Source of the DNA: Nageia nagi
Taxonomy: Eukaryota > Plantae > Pinophyta
Direction: 5' to 3'
Length of the DNA stretch: 64,000 bases
Assembly: GCA_050084985.1 (NCBI GenBank)
Contig: JBITNC010000002.1
Coordinates: 39,928,001 to 39,992,000, forward strand
Below are positions 1 through 14,700 of this stretch, piece after piece. Positions within the stretch are counted from its first letter, which is position 1; every line of letters starts with the position of its first letter. The translations under genes were made by a program, and so were the position numbers. The notes beneath the pieces were generated by a model. That model was not told the origin of the DNA, ran no database searches, and worked only from the letters and a program-made list of their open reading frames with translations.

Positions 1-2596
1 AAAGAGTATTATTCTAGTAAACCTTTGGAACTTGTACATATTGATTTATGTGGACCCATGATAACACAAATTAGAAGCATAAATCAAAAGCTTTTGATAT
101 GTTTAAGGTTTTCAAAAATCAAGTTGTGAATCAAATAGGAAAACATTTTAAATACCTAAGGTTAGATAAAGGAGGAGAGTTCATTTTAGAGGAGTTTACA
201 AAGTATTACAAAAAATACGACATCAAGAGATAATTTTTAGTAGCTAGGAAACCCTAGTAAAATAGTATTGTAGAGAGAAAGAATAGGGTAATATAGGAAA
301 TGGAAAGAACTATGTTGACCAAAAGCAAGATTGAACATAGTAGTTTACATTTAGAATAGATGGATGTTGAGGTCGCATGAAAGCAAGACATGTTACGAGT
401 TATGGTTTGGTTCAAAGTTTTTGGTAGCAAGTGTTACATCAAAAGAACTAAAGAAAATATTCAAAAGTTCAAAGATAAAGTGGATGATGGCATCTTTTTT
501 GGTTACTCAAAAAAAAGAAAGGATTACAAATGATACAAAAAGAGGCTAATAAAAATTATTGAAAGTGTTAGCATCAAGGTTGATGAAAGAGAGAACTACA
601 AAAGAGTGATGATGAAAACTTTCCAATTTATGAAGAGATTATTGAAGGAGATGAGGAAAAGAAAATAGAAAATAAATCAAAAGATAATTCATAATTATCA
701 AAAAATGATTTAGAGGTAGAATATCCATGGAAAGATAAAGAAATATGTTAGAAAATCATATCCATAGCTTGGCAAAAAGACCATCCCAAAGAATAAATAA
801 TTGGAGATCCCTTAGTTGGTATTGAAAAAAGGAGAAAAATATTAACTTTTTCTTTGTTATCTAATATAGAACCTAAGACTATTTCTAAGGAAAGTCAAGA
901 TGAAGGTTGGATAAAGGCTATAAATGAAGAATTAGATCAAATTGAGAAAAACAATACTTACAAGCTAGTGCCAAGACCCGAAAACAAAAATGTTATTAGT
1001 ACCAAATGGATCTTTTGGAATAACTTAAATAAAGATGATTAGGTTGTTAGAAATAAGGCAAGACTAGTTTGCAAAGGTTATGCACAAGTTGAAGGTATTG
1101 ATTTTGAAGAGACTTTTACATTCATAGCCCAACTAGAAGAAATAAGAATATTTCTTGCTTTAGCAGTCTACAAAAATTTCAAAGTTTATCAAATGTATGT
1201 AAAGTTAGCATTTTTGAATGGTAAACTTGAAGAAGAGGTATACGTTGAGCAGCTAGATGATTTTCACCTTGGTAATGATCCAAACTTGATATACAAGTTG
1301 AACAAAGCATTATATGGTTTGAAATAGGTTCCATAGGCTTGGTATTCAAGGTTAGATAGTTATCTTACTCAACAAGGATCCAAGAAAAGTATGATGGATA
1401 GTAACATGTATGTTAAAATAGAAAATGATCATCATATTGTTATTTTTGTGTACATAGATGATATCATATTTGGTAGCAACAAATATGAGTTATATAAATA
1501 TTTTGCAAATAAGATGCAAAAATAATTTGAGATATCAATGATTGGTGAACTTTCTTATTTTACCAATTTGCAAGTTAATAAAAAAGAAAAGGCATATTCA
1601 TCTTCCAAATTTAATATATGAAAGAGATGTTGAAAAAGTTCATAATGGAGGATTATAAGCTATTAGCACTCCCATGATGATAGGTTGCACATTGAGCAAG
1701 GATGCTAAATCTCCACCTATTGATCAAACTATGTGTAGGTCCATGATTGTGATCTTATTATACTTGAAAGCTAATATACCTGGCATTTTGTAGGTAATGT
1801 GCATGGTAGCATGATTTCATGCTAGTCCCAAGGAGACATATGTGATAGCTATGAAGAGAATTTTTTGGTACCTCAAAGGCACTATGAAGTATGGATTATA
1901 GTATCTGAAATTGCATATTCTAATGCATATTAGATAGGATGTGTTGATGATCGGAAGAGCACAAGTGGAAGTGCATTTTATCTTGGAGACAATTTAGTGA
2001 CATGGAATATCAAAAAATAGGAATTAGTTTCCTTATCCACAACAATAGAGCATATTATAATGATATCATATTGTATGTAGGTTCTATAGATGAAGAAAAT
2101 TTTGAATGATCTTGAAATAAACTTTACAGAGTTTATTTAGATCATGTATGAAAATATAAATGCAATCAATATCTTAAAGAGCTCAATTATGTATTCTCAC
2201 ATAAAACATATTACTATTTGGTGTCATTTCTTGAAGGAGAAAATTGTTGGAGTAGAGGTCAAGTTAGATTTTATTCCAACAATAGAGAAAGTAGCAGATA
2301 TTTTCACCAAACCATTACCCAAGGAAGTATTTGAGTACCTTCATAATAAATTGGGAGTGGTAACACTTACCAAGCATTTACTAGCTTTTAGATCATAGTC
2401 TCAAGAGGAGCATTTTTTTCCTTAGTTATCATTTTGCTCTTGTTTATGATTTTTACTAAGTCTACTAATTTTTTTCCTAAGAATGTTGTTCATGGACTTA
2501 GGGGGAGTTCACAACATCCTTTTGTACTTGTTATCAAAGGGGTAGAAGAAGCTCCAATAAATTGTGTGTATTGCAAACAATTCCAAAGGGAGGCAT

Positions 2597-4887
2597 TGTT
2601 GAGCAAGGTGCAATGATAGTGTTACCATTGTTATCAACACCCTTAATGAGACCAAGTTGGTGCAATAGTGAGTTTTTTGGTGTTTTTAAAAACATATTTA
2701 ATGATGTTAAGGTTGTGTTTGATGCTCAATTGAAGTTATTGCAAGTGATTTGTGTGAATTTACAAAAGTCATCGAAAAGTTACAAAAGTTTTCAAAATTG
2801 TCAAAAAGTTGTAAAACTTGTAAAAGATGTCATAAAGTTTTTTGGAGCTTATTTGGAGATATTTGGTACTTTTATGGATGTGTTCAGTGTTTGAGTGAAG
2901 TTGGTGTAGCCCATTCTTGTAAAATTTCAAAACTTACTACAAAAATCTCAAAGTTGTTAAAATTGAAAAAATTATCAAAATGGGAAAAATCTTGTAATTA
3001 TTTCTCTTGTGTTCTAATGGAATGTCTTAGATGTGTTAACATATCAGTTGTAGGCTTGTTCATTAGTTGGAAGTGTTTTTGTAGTGAGGTTGCAATGTTG
3101 TAAGGATAGTGGTGAAATAGGTCAATTTCTCTTTGATGTGTGTTCAAATAGGATGGATCAATGTGGAACATATCAACATGCATGGAAATAGGTCAGCATG
3201 GTATTTGAGGTGTCATCTTAGTTTTTAGGATTATTGGAGGCATTACCAATACTTGATTGGATTATTTTTTACTTTTTATAACATGGTTCAAAAGTGACTT
3301 AGAGGCCTTTGTATAGATGAAATTTATTAGTGTTTAGGGTTGAAAGTTTTACATGAGGTAGTTGGTATTAAGATGCACATACAACTAAAATTTCAAGTCA
3401 AACATACACCCAAGGAAGAAATGGCATCAATTGCAAAAAACCAATTTATCACTTTTTCCAATTTTGGATAGTTTTATGTGATAATAGTAAAATGGTAAAA
3501 TTTGTTGTCTTGTTGCAAATTTCAAAATATGATAATTGATTAATGATCAACTCATCAAAATGAGTAACCTTTCTTTTTGAAAGGAGTTGTTTCGAGGTCT
3601 CTAGCCAATGTTTTTCTTAGTGGCTAATCATTGCTTACAAGCAAAACTAGGATTTTAAAATTTTCAAATTGGCTAATATTTGGAGCCCTGAAAGGGGGTC
3701 ACTCACCCTAAAATTACAAGAAAATATTAATTTTATGTATCTAATCTCCAAAACATCAACATATATTATGTATATGGTATGTATCCACTTATACCTTTTA
3801 TTTTAAAGGTTATATTTTCACCTAACTTTTGAAACTAATTCACCTTATTTTCTCCAAGTTTTTTTTTGAGCTGATCTTTAGGAATAACCCTATCTCCAGC
3901 AATAAAATTTAATGAGGTTAAGCTTCTCTTTTCAAAGATAGTTTTTTTTTAAATGGTAAAGTTTTATAATTTTGTAATTATGAAAATATTTTTGCTTCAA
4001 TAAGTGATATGAGAGAATAATAGAGCATAAAATATTAGGTTACTACCATAAGAGATTAATAAAGGAGTTACATATGAGGAGTTACAAATGATAAGTGGTG
4101 AGTGAGAATATGATAGTTACAAAAGGAGTTACAATTGGTAGGTTGCATATAAGAATATTGCATCATAAAGGAGTTAATATAAAGGGAGTTACAAAAGAAT
4201 TTACAATTAGTAGGTGGCATATGAGAATATTGTGTTATAAAGGAGTTACATAAAAAGGGAGTTACAAAAAAAGGAGTTACATAAGAAGGAAGTTACAAAA
4301 AAAGAACTTACAAAAAGAGAAAAGATAATTATAAAAGAGTGATGCTTGGATAATTTGGGTGTACTATTATTTTTTTGGAATAAAGAGAGAGATAGAGTGG
4401 TGGATGTACTAAAATTGTAGATGTGTCAAGATAGTTGTGCGCTCTGAGATCAATAGTGTGGTTGTGATCATCAAAGTGAATGAAAGAAGAGTTTGTATTA
4501 TATCACTCAAGGTATTTGGAATAGAGAAATTTTCTACTATAGCTTAGTGAGTTTGTCAAGTAGGTGCTTGGCATCAAGGGTTGGTGCTCCTTGTAGTTGG
4601 TACTACAAAATTTTGGGTTAGTTGGTGCTACTTCCCACACTTGGTGTTGCAAGAAACATTGTAATACTAAACTTTTTGAGGCTAGATTTGGATGAGATTC
4701 CAAACAGTCCATTGGCATAGTGGTTTTTCCCACATCGGGTTTCCACTATAAATTTGATTTTGTGTGATGCTTGTTTATATTATTATCTTATTTAATTTGA
4801 GCTTCTTGTAAGTATTTATTAGTGTAGTTGGGTAAAATTTTAAGTTACACTAATTAAGCCCCTCTCAGTGTCATGCCTAGTTCAACA
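2597..4887 (+). repeat. 3' LTR (about 2.3 kb) of the first copia element
   Basis: Starts TGTTGA directly after the PPT aaagggaggcat and ends TCAACA (6-bp inverted termini). A gypsy integrase reading frame starts immediately after. Confidence 0.8.
4060..4315 (+). repeat. Degenerate array of the (A)nGGAGTTACA motif inside the LTR
   Basis: About 10 variants of aaaggagttaca, embedded in a longer higher-order unit. Confidence 0.85.
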
Positions 4888-6530
4888 TTATCATATTAGA
4901 TAGGGATATTAAATTCACTTTTGAATTTTGTAATGTTCTACATTAGGAAGTAGTTACTAAGCTAAGTTTTATTTCAACTTATCATCCACAAATTGATGGA
5001 AAAATTGAAAGGGTTAATCATGTAGGTTCTTAAGGATATATTATGCATGTTTTGTATGGACCATACAACCAAATGGAAAGACTTTCTATATCTTATGGAA
5101 TTTTTGTATGATAATGGGTATAATTATTCATTGGGAATGGATCCTTTTGAATCTCTCTATGGTATAAAATGTAAGGTTCCCATTATCTCAAATAATTTAG
5201 AAGATAGAATAGTCATTAGGTGTGGCTTACTTCTTGAAATGGAAGTTTAATTGCTTGAAATTAGAAAAAGGTTAAAAGAATCGATAGACAGGAAGAAGAT
5301 TTATGAAGAACTAAAAAGAATTCCAATAGGATTTAACATAATTTATATGGAATTTTTACATGTTAAACTAGGAAATAGTTCCATTAAACCTCTAAAATGA
5401 CTACAAGATTTGTAAGACCCATTTCAATTATAGAAAATATCAATCTTGTAGCATACAAACTTGAACTACTTCCCAATTTATCAAAAATAAATAATGTGTT
5501 TCATGTATCAATATTAAAAATGTATGTTACAAATCCTAATCATGTATGGATATGGATAAATTATATATAATATACCCTGCAATAATAGAGGTGAAGCTGA
5601 TACAAGTGATGGAAACTTGCATCAAAAGGCTTCACAAAAGAAATACTGAATAATGTAAAGTTCAATGGGACATGTATTCTGAGAAGAATTCCTCTTGGAA
5701 GGAATTAGAACTGATGAAAAAATAGTTTCCTTTCCTATTTGAAAACTAATTACAAATACATGAGAATGTGTTTGATCTTAGGGGGAAAGTATGTTATGGC
5801 CCACCTTGAATAGACCATAGTCTCTATATTTTTATGACTTATGATATGATGTACATGGAACTAATTATTGTGTGATGATTATGTTTGATGTGTTAATTTC
5901 TATGATTTAGATCTATGATGGATGGTTTTTGTATGAGGCATATATGTTACCTATATTATTACATGCATAGATGTTATTGATAGCATGTGATTTTATATGA
6001 CATGCTTAGATGGGATAATATCATACATTGGTAAAATGCATTGGCAATCACCTATATGAATGATATTATGTATCTTTTCATACTTCACCTTGTATCACAT
6101 GAGTTTTCATACATTTCGATGAGTTTATATTTTAGCATAAATTTACATAAGATATGAGTTAGTCATATTTGCATGAAACTTGTGAATTTGAATAATTTCA
6201 TCACTAAAATACTTCATCTCATATTGCATAAAAGAAAAAAATATCATGAAGCACCATGAGATTTCATTAGCATGATATTATAAATTCATTTTGGGAGTTT
6301 TCATGTATGTGTCTCATAAAAAGCATTATGCATAATGATTTCTAGTCATACCATAATACTTACATGGATAAGAATGTTAGTCCATTTTATAAATTACATT
6401 TATAAATAAGAACAATTATAGTGTTCTCTAAAGCAAAAAATTGCTCAAATTTTACAATAAAAACCCTATATGGCTATTGACTAGTAGAGAACGAAGGTAC
6501 TATGTGATCATGAAGATTGGTGGTGAAGCC
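4888..6530 (+). mobile_element. Ty3/gypsy chromovirus remnant: integrase C-terminus, chromodomain, PPT and start of the 3' LTR
   Basis: DRDIKFT, YHPQIDGKIERVN, PFESLYG, AYKLEL, NVFHVSILK and KVQW..S..NSSW. PPT agggggaaagta is followed by tgttatggccc at about 5790. Confidence 0.85.
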
Positions 6531-6531
6531 A

Positions 6532-7157
6532 TGTTAGATTCTTAGTGTTTGAATTCCACAAATGCAACACAAATAAGAGAGGTAATAGTTTAACATTATT
6601 CACCCAAAATGGGCTACATCCATAAAGAATATTTCAACCCTCATATTACATCAATCTTTCAAGTCCTTCAAGAAACACATTATCAGCATAACCTTACTAC
6701 AAAACCTTTCTTTGGAGTACAAGCATAAACTCTCTACAAATCTCTCAAACTTCTAAAACTAGAGCAACATCAAATCACAAGCTACAATCTCAAAAATACA
6801 CATTCAAAGTACATGTTATAACCTTAATCCAAGCTCCTCAATTTATAAGATATTCACCATCCCAATTTGACCCTAAAATGATCAAGGAATACATGTGATA
6901 ATGTCCCAATTTGATTGTAACTCCCACCCATGAAATTAAGGTTTGAAGAGGCATGATTTTGATTATTCAAAATGGAGATTAACACTCTCTATTTTTTTAT
7001 CATCTTGCATTAGATTAGTTAGGACCCCATGATCAACCTCCAACAAACTAAATGATATTCTAGTGCCTAAAACATTGCCTTCACTAATTAGTCTACCAGT
7101 TTATTGATTGAATAACTAGTCCCGTAGGATCAACCCTCTAAGTACTGATCATTAACA
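6532..7157 (-). mobile_element. Probable solo LTR (copia-type)
   Basis: TGTTA...TAACA termini. The minus strand carries GATGTAGCCC..GGTGAA, typical of copia U5 regions. No clean TSD. Confidence 0.55.
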
Positions 7158-7160
7158 AAG

Positions 7161-10100
7161 TGTTAGAAATCCAAATGTATCCCATGAATCATGCTCCATA
7201 CTCAATATTTGTAGTAGTATTTTTATGTCTTAATTTATAAAACTTGCTAAATAATCAAACTTTTCTCTTTCATAGATATGAAATGGTAGAAATTATGCTT
7301 TCCTTTTCTCCAAAATATATATTGGATGATACCAATTATGGGATATCAGAGCTTAGGATTAGGGTTAAATTCTATTATATATAAGTATGAAAATTTATCA
7401 ACCAAGAGGAAGCAACACTTGTTCAGCCAAGGATATTAAAGCCTACAATTTGAAATGTCAAAAAATATTATGTATGATATTCAAGGTTGTGTTTGATGAA
7501 ATTCTTATGAGTATTTCTTCTTGTGAGAATTCTATGAATGTTTAGTTTTTTTTTTTAAACAAATGTATCTTAGGTCTAATACAATAAGAAAGTTTACTCT
7601 TATGTTCAAGATCTTTAAGCAAATCAATATAAAAATTAAAGTGTAGTTGTAATTTTGGCAATGATAAGATACATGAGGATAGAACTCATGGATTGCAATT
7701 TGGTTAAATGAAAACCTTTTTTTTATTAGCATGAGGAACCTCTATGAGAAATTTAATAATTTTGTGATAATTCTTAATACAAGAGTTGATCAAGGAGAAG
7801 AAGCTATCTCTTTAGAGTCTCTATCAAAATTCATCATTCAACATAAAGAGCTCCTCAACACCAAGAAAAATGACACTTAACAAAATATCAAAGAACCAAG
7901 TGTTTATCTTAATGTTGTGAAGAAATAATTCAAGAATAATTATCAAAAAAGGTAGAAAACTAATCAAAACCTACAAGAAAATAACAATAAAAATAATAAT
8001 ACTTCTACTCCAAAGCTAAAGCTTGATGGTAATTGTAACTTATGTGGTATTTATGGTCATAAGAAGACTTGTTACAAGAAAAAATAACAAAATAAACTAT
8101 ACTAGAAAGAAGAATTTCAAAGATAAAAATAAGAATGTAACTACCAAGAATAAGAATAAAGATGAGTCATCTACTTATGCTTGTGCCCTTTATTTTGAGT
8201 ATGATTTTCTTTATAATGAATTGATTTTAGACTTTGATTGCACTAATCATATGTCCTATCAAAACGGAAAAAAAATATTATTTTTTGCATAAATAGAGAT
8301 CAAATTTTGCTATAAACAACAAAAACACTAAATTATAATTTCTTAGAGTTAGGATTATATGAATTAATGAAAGAGCTTCATATATTATTTTATATATTCT
8401 TGATCTTAGAAAGAATGTTTTTCCAACCTTATAAATATAAAAAGAAGGATATAGTGTTTAATTTATTGCATTTTGTTGGAACATGGAAAAAGGGTTTATA
8501 ACTATCACCTCATAAGTAATTAATGATAATTTATATATTATGACTAATTAATCTCTAAAATATTATCTTATTATGAATGTTTTCTCAAATAGTCATGTAT
8601 GATACTAAATACTTAGGCACATTCATTATAATAGCTTACAAATTATGAATAAATGGAATTATGTAATAGAATACCTTCAATCTCAATTAACATAGGATTA
8701 AGCAAAAGTTGTAGTTTAAGCAAGATGAGTAATTGGAAATTCAATAAATATAATGCAATAAGAGAAATACATATACTACAAATTAAACATACTGAGTTAA
8801 TAGGTCCATTTTAAGTAAAATCCCCTAGAGTCCATTCATGAGCACTAAATATTATAGATAAATATAATAAAATGATTTTTTTAATTTCCTCATATATAAA
8901 TTAGAATGTTTTTGAAAGTTCATGTATTTTAAGGTTTTGCAAATCAAACTGATCATAAAATTAAAATGCTTAAATCTAAAAATAAATGAGGATATAATAG
9001 CAATAAATTATATATATTTTGCTTAAATATTGATATAAAATATAAATTCTCTATCTCCTACACTCCACACTATAATGAAGTAGTTGGGAGGAAAAATAGG
9101 TCTATAATGAATATGGTAAGGTATATGTTGGGAGAGCTTTCAAAATTTTTGTTAGTAGAGGTAGTCAGCACACTAGTCTGCATCCTTAATACATGTCAAA
9201 CTAAAGTAGTGTATGAGAAATCACCTTATGAAGTTTAGAGTGGTAAGAAACCATTTGTATCTCATTTAGAATCTTTTGTTGAGTTGCATAATCTTTTGTA
9301 GTATCAAAAAAGAGAAAGAAATTAGACATTATATTGAAAAAAATACATTTTTATTGGTTATGATAAATAACATAAATGATAAAGTAAAAGTGGAAAGAAA
9401 TATTAAATATGGTGAGTAATCCTTTATACTTAATTCTAATTATGATGATAATATTATTGAATATGTTCCAAAGATATCAAAATGGTTCCTTTAAACTCTT
9501 AAATATCCTTAATTAGAATTGGATATTATCAACCATATAATTATAAAGAGTATAATAACTAATATATCATTATTGGCCAAAATTGAACCAGAAGACTAAG
9601 GACAATCATTCTTAGAAGAAACTCAAACTATTTACTAGGTAGAAACTGTAAAATCAAAAATTGACATAATAATAAAAAAAAATGAAACTTGAGAATTAGT
9701 ACCTCTACTAGTGAATACAAATATTATTAGTGATAAATGGGTATTTAGGATTAAGTATAATTTAAATGAAGACATAGAGATATATAAAGCTATACTTATA
9801 GCTAAGGGATTTATATAAGAATATGGAATTGACTATACTAATAATTTTTCTCTAGTAGCCAAAATGTGAACTGTTAAATTGATTATTACACTTGTTGCTA
9901 CCCAGATTGGAAGATATTTGACTTATATATTAATTTTGCATTCTTAAATAGGAATTTGGATATAGAATTAACATGCATTAGCTAGATAATTTTTATTCAA
10001 TGGAAAAGAAACATTTATGTGAAAATTAAAAAAATCTCTTCATGGATTAAAGTAAGTTGTAGGAGCTTAGTAAGAAAAATTTTCTTAATATTTTAAGTCT

Positions 10101-11598
10101 CTTGATTTCACAAGATTCTATATTGATATTGATTTATATATTTTTAATTATTGTAATGATCTGGTTTTAATTTTTCTATATATTTATGATCTTCACATTA
10201 CTAAAAATAATCTTGTAATCATCAATAATTGTATTATAAAATTGAAATGTCAATATGAAATTATAGATGCAAGTTTACTTTACTATTACCTTGGAATGCA
10301 ATTTTATTAGTTTTAGAATAGTACATATATATAAACAAATGGGTTTACAAGGTTAAGTATAACTCATAAGGTACAATTGAGAAATATAAGGCAAGGTTGG
10401 TAGCCAAAGGTTTTGCTCGTATATATATATATATATGATATTTTGAGAAAATGATTATAAACTAGTTGAAAAACCAATTGTTGAAGACATAAAATTTAAT
10501 ATTACTTAGAAATGTATTCTTATTGATGTAATTGCATATAAATAATTAATAGGAAATGTTTTATATCTCATAATAACAAGACCAGATGTTTAATTATTTA
10601 TATAGATTTATTAGAAAAAAGTAATATATAGAGCATCTCAATGTAGTTAAAATAATTTTAAGGTATATTTTAAGAATAAGGAATTTAGCTTTGAATTATT
10701 CTTTAATGCAATCTTTTCAATTGTTTAACTATTGACATTCAACTTATGGTGGATATTTTGAGGATAAAGTCAACAAGTGCTTATGTTTTTAGTATTGAAT
10801 TTGTTATAATTTTTTATGCTTCTAAGAAACAACCTATGTCTACTTTATCAACTATAAAGTTAGAATATAGAGATATGATACATACAACACATGAAGCTAT
10901 TTGGATTCATCATTTTATTGATAAAATTGGATTGGAAAAAAATAATTAATATAATCACTACTAACCAACCTACTATTGACTCAACCAAGAATCCAATTCA
11001 TCACCAAAAGAAAAAACAAATCTAGAAGGACATTTTATAAGAGATAGAGTATTGGATGAGACTTTATTTTTATAATATTATGCAAGTGAAGAAAATTATA
11101 TTGATATATATAGCAATCCTTTAATTGAAGCTTACTTTGTTAAGCTTTGTAATAAGTTTGTGTTGGTGGAGTTATCCTCAAGAGGGAGTGGATGAGTGTA
11201 ATGACACTTCCTTCCCATTTCAATAAACTTTGAATTTTGATAATATTTTATGTGCACATCATAAACTTGATACTATTATATAATTTTAGATATGTTATTT
11301 ATCTATTGAGCATAATTTTTTTAATTTGCAAAAATTAAGTACTACATGTTACAATTAATTATATTTTTAGTAAAATTGATATATATTTCTTTTTTAATGA
11401 ATACCAATATATGTCATATGAATTTTAAAATTTTAAAATGGTTGAACTATAGTTGTCCAATACTCTATGATTTTCTATAATTTATTAAATATTACTTAAT
11501 TATAATTTTAGTGCTAACTTCTCTCCTCTTTACTACAAAATTATTTCTTGTTTACTTTTAATATTTGGGCTTAATTGGAAATCTTGATTGTTCCAATT
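7161..11598 (+). mobile_element. Highly decayed Ty1/copia element (gag-PR-INT-RT-RH)
   Basis: PBS-like tgggatatcagagc (7339-7352, tRNA-iMet type), zinc knuckle CNLCGIYGH, protease ILDFDCTNHM, KWVFRIKY, LIAKGF, RNase H SKKQP and PPT aagagggag at about 11180. LTR limits are uncertain. Confidence 0.85.
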
Positions 11599-11712
11599 TG
11601 AAGTAATTTAATGTTCCATAGTTTGAATTCCATTTTGGATGCACCTCTTATGCATTCATATCCCCTCCAATGATCACTATGTGGCAAATTGTTCTTCACT
11701 GATCAACATTTA

Positions 11713-14700
11713 TGATCTGTAATCAAAACTGCAATACCCCCTCTCTAACTATATCAATTCACACTTAGCTAATTTGAAACTACTAAATGCTTGCAGAATT
11801 AAGAGAATTACTAAAAAGAAGAAATAATCACACAAAAATAACACATCAAATTACCCTAGTTTGGCTCTCTCTAGCCTACATCCACCAAAATGCTCCTCTT
11901 TAATGGTGGTTTATGGTGATTACAAATAGTCTCAATGGCTCTTTCTCTTCTTTCAAAACTCTCCCAAAAAGGCACACATAATGCCCATAAATGAGAATAG
12001 AATATAGTATTATTTTAAGTGTCTCACTTCTTTGAGCGAACAATAGACATAACTTAGAAGAAGACCTCCCAATACCCAACTTGGCCTTCGATTTTATCTA
12101 TCTGACCTTCCCTTCTTTCTACATGCCACTATTTTCCTCTTTATATTTAATACATATCTCTCCCTTAATATTTTTAGATATATTATCATAATAGTTCCTT
12201 GCAAACTCATGATAATAGTAGTGGCTATGTTTGGCAATGGCCATTGAAGATTACCATTTTGTATTTTGGGGAAAATACCATTGGTTTATTTGAATCCATA
12301 CCCTTTATTCATATATGTCTTTATAATCCATAGACACCTTCACCTTATAACTGCATACTTGTATCCATACAAATTGTATGGTTTTCCAACATACTATGTC
12401 CTCTTTCATAGACATATCTTCTTGATGGGGTTTTGTGATCCTCTACATATTCATTTTCCACGTAGATCTACTTTAAATTGGTATAGACATTCAAATTCAC
12501 ATGATGTTAATGGATACATCATATAAATAATCCTTATAGTGATTTTTAGACTCCACATGCATTAATAATATCCACCCAACTTGGTTTCTAAGTTTGGCAT
12601 GAGTTTTACCTTACAATAGTCTCCATATCTGACCAACAAGTTCTCCACAAATGTCTCAAATTCAATAAGGTTTCCCCTTAAATGGAGATCACCATATGTG
12701 GATGCCTCAATGATTGCCAATTTTGGTATTGAAATAATGAACTCATTTTTTCTATTTTCTCACAACATTTACTTTGATGGGGCTATTATAATCTTCTAGT
12801 AATGTACTCACTATCAGTATGAATGTAGAGTCTCTATGCCGAATAGGTGGCTATCTCAAGATGATTATAAGATTTCCTTCACTTCATCAATCAAACTTCT
12901 ACTTAACAACTATCAATCTTCATATGTGGGCCTTGACACCTACATAGCCTCATGGTGATAGCAATGGCCTCATTTTGTGAATGATTCCTCCCATATTCTA
13001 ACAAATCTATAGAATGTACATAATCTCCCTTTCTCCATATGCATGAGCTGGCAAGTTAAGTGGTAGTGATCAATGATCTCCTCAATCACATCATCTAATA
13101 TATGGTGTTGCTTACAAGACTTTCAAGAGGTGATGTATCTAACATATAACTACTAAAGGTTGAAAAATGACAATGGATAAAATTTGAGTGATTACCTCTA
13201 GTACTTGGGACCTCCTTGTTCCTTTGGGACATAAGGTCCACCAATATAGGTTTCTCACTTCAAATATTATGAGAATTTACCTTATAATAGATTACATCTT
13301 TCATAAAATGATACATTTTCTTTTGATGATAGAAAATAGTTTGTGCTCACATAAGTAAGGGCTTACTAGAAGGATGATTCAAAACTTTTGGGGTAACACA
13401 TCCACTGTAACTTCATCAATGAAACTTGTAGCAATGCCAAACTTTATTTGATACTACTATGTAATCCAAAACTCTCCAACACTACACATCAACTCATATG
13501 ATTTGGGATGTTCTATCACATCTAATCCTAACTCTACTATGAGGTCCTATGAAAGAAGTCAAACTACAATATAGGATCAATGAGTGTTTTGACTCTGGTA
13601 TTTTTGACTTGCACCTTCTTAAAAATAATGCTTTCTTTTTATCTAATGAGAAAGGATCTCTCACTCCCATGACTATTAGCTTCTTTATACATGTATCATC
13701 ATCATATGGACTTAAATATTTCTCCAGTACCCTTCATTAGATACTAGAACATGCTCTCAACATATACCCCTTTTGTCTCCATTATGCACAAACTAATTTC
13801 TTCATATTGGGTCCTCTATTTTATGTCTCTTCTTCAACACCATGAGAAAAAATAGGTTCTAAACTCTTCTTTTCTTTAAGGTAAAACACACTTGATTCAC
13901 TAAGTTCAAATAGCATAGGAGATGACAAGGATGAAGTAGAAGGTGAATGCGATGAATTTGGTCTAATAATCTTCTCCCTTTGATGGTAAACATGTTCAAA
14001 AAATATTTGTGATTATCCTTTTGAATAAGATGGCATTGATAATGGATTCTCTTCTACTTCCTTTAAACCATGCATTTTCTTAAGTGGTTTGCACTGCTGC
14101 CTGTAACATCTCCAGTAATTTTTCTTATGATTTCCTTTGTTAAAAAACTCACACACCAATCTTGATGTGGTTTTGCTATCAAAATACCAAGCCTAGGAGA
14201 TGACATCTCCATAGACACAGCAACACTCTTTTCTTTGGAAGAAACCTCCATCATCTTCTGTGACATTGATGCAACTTTCTCACTCAAAATTGATTGGTTG
14301 ATTTGAGCTTTAGCTATAGAAGATGTACCCCTTGAGTACCCACCATGAATCTTATTTGAAGTTCACCAACAACCTTAATCATATCTATCACTTGGTTTTT
14401 CTAACCATGTGATACACACATTATGATCATTAGAATCTATTTAGCAAGATGAGTAAATTTGCATAGCTATCTTGAGAAAATATGGTTCCCAAACTAATAA
14501 AATTATGCTCTAATACCAAACTTGATTCATAATTGAAAGTGTAATACCCTCTCTCTAACTAGATCAATTCACACTTAGCTAATTCAAAGCTACTAAATGC
14601 TTACAAAATTACTAAAAATAAGAAATAATCACACAAAAAGAACACATTAAATTACCCTAGTTTGGCTCTCTCTAGCCTACATCCAACAAAATGCTCCTCT

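Larger units (their letters stand above)
1..4887 (+). mobile_element. Degenerate Ty1/copia retrotransposon, 3' part (integrase, RT, RNase H, PPTs, 3' LTR); Sirevirus-like organisation
   Basis: Fragments LELVHIDLCGP (about 25), LRLDKGGEF (about 155), [21 protein letters not shown] (about 1055), YIDDIIFG (about 1450) and VADIFTKPL (about 2290), with many stops and frameshifts. Several purine tracts at 2498-2596 precede the LTR. Confidence 0.93.

Noticed and set aside
2434-3183. ORFs after RNase H as a possible env-like gene
   Set aside because: They lie in the PPT/LTR region, are low-complexity and show no recognisable motif.
4060-4315. CRISPR-like array
   Set aside because: Short degenerate units without unique spacers, inside a plant LTR, with no cas genes.
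14063-14287. 74-aa ORF as a captured host gene
   Set aside because: Another frame reads VCEFFNKGNH, a decayed gag zinc knuckle just downstream of the PBS.
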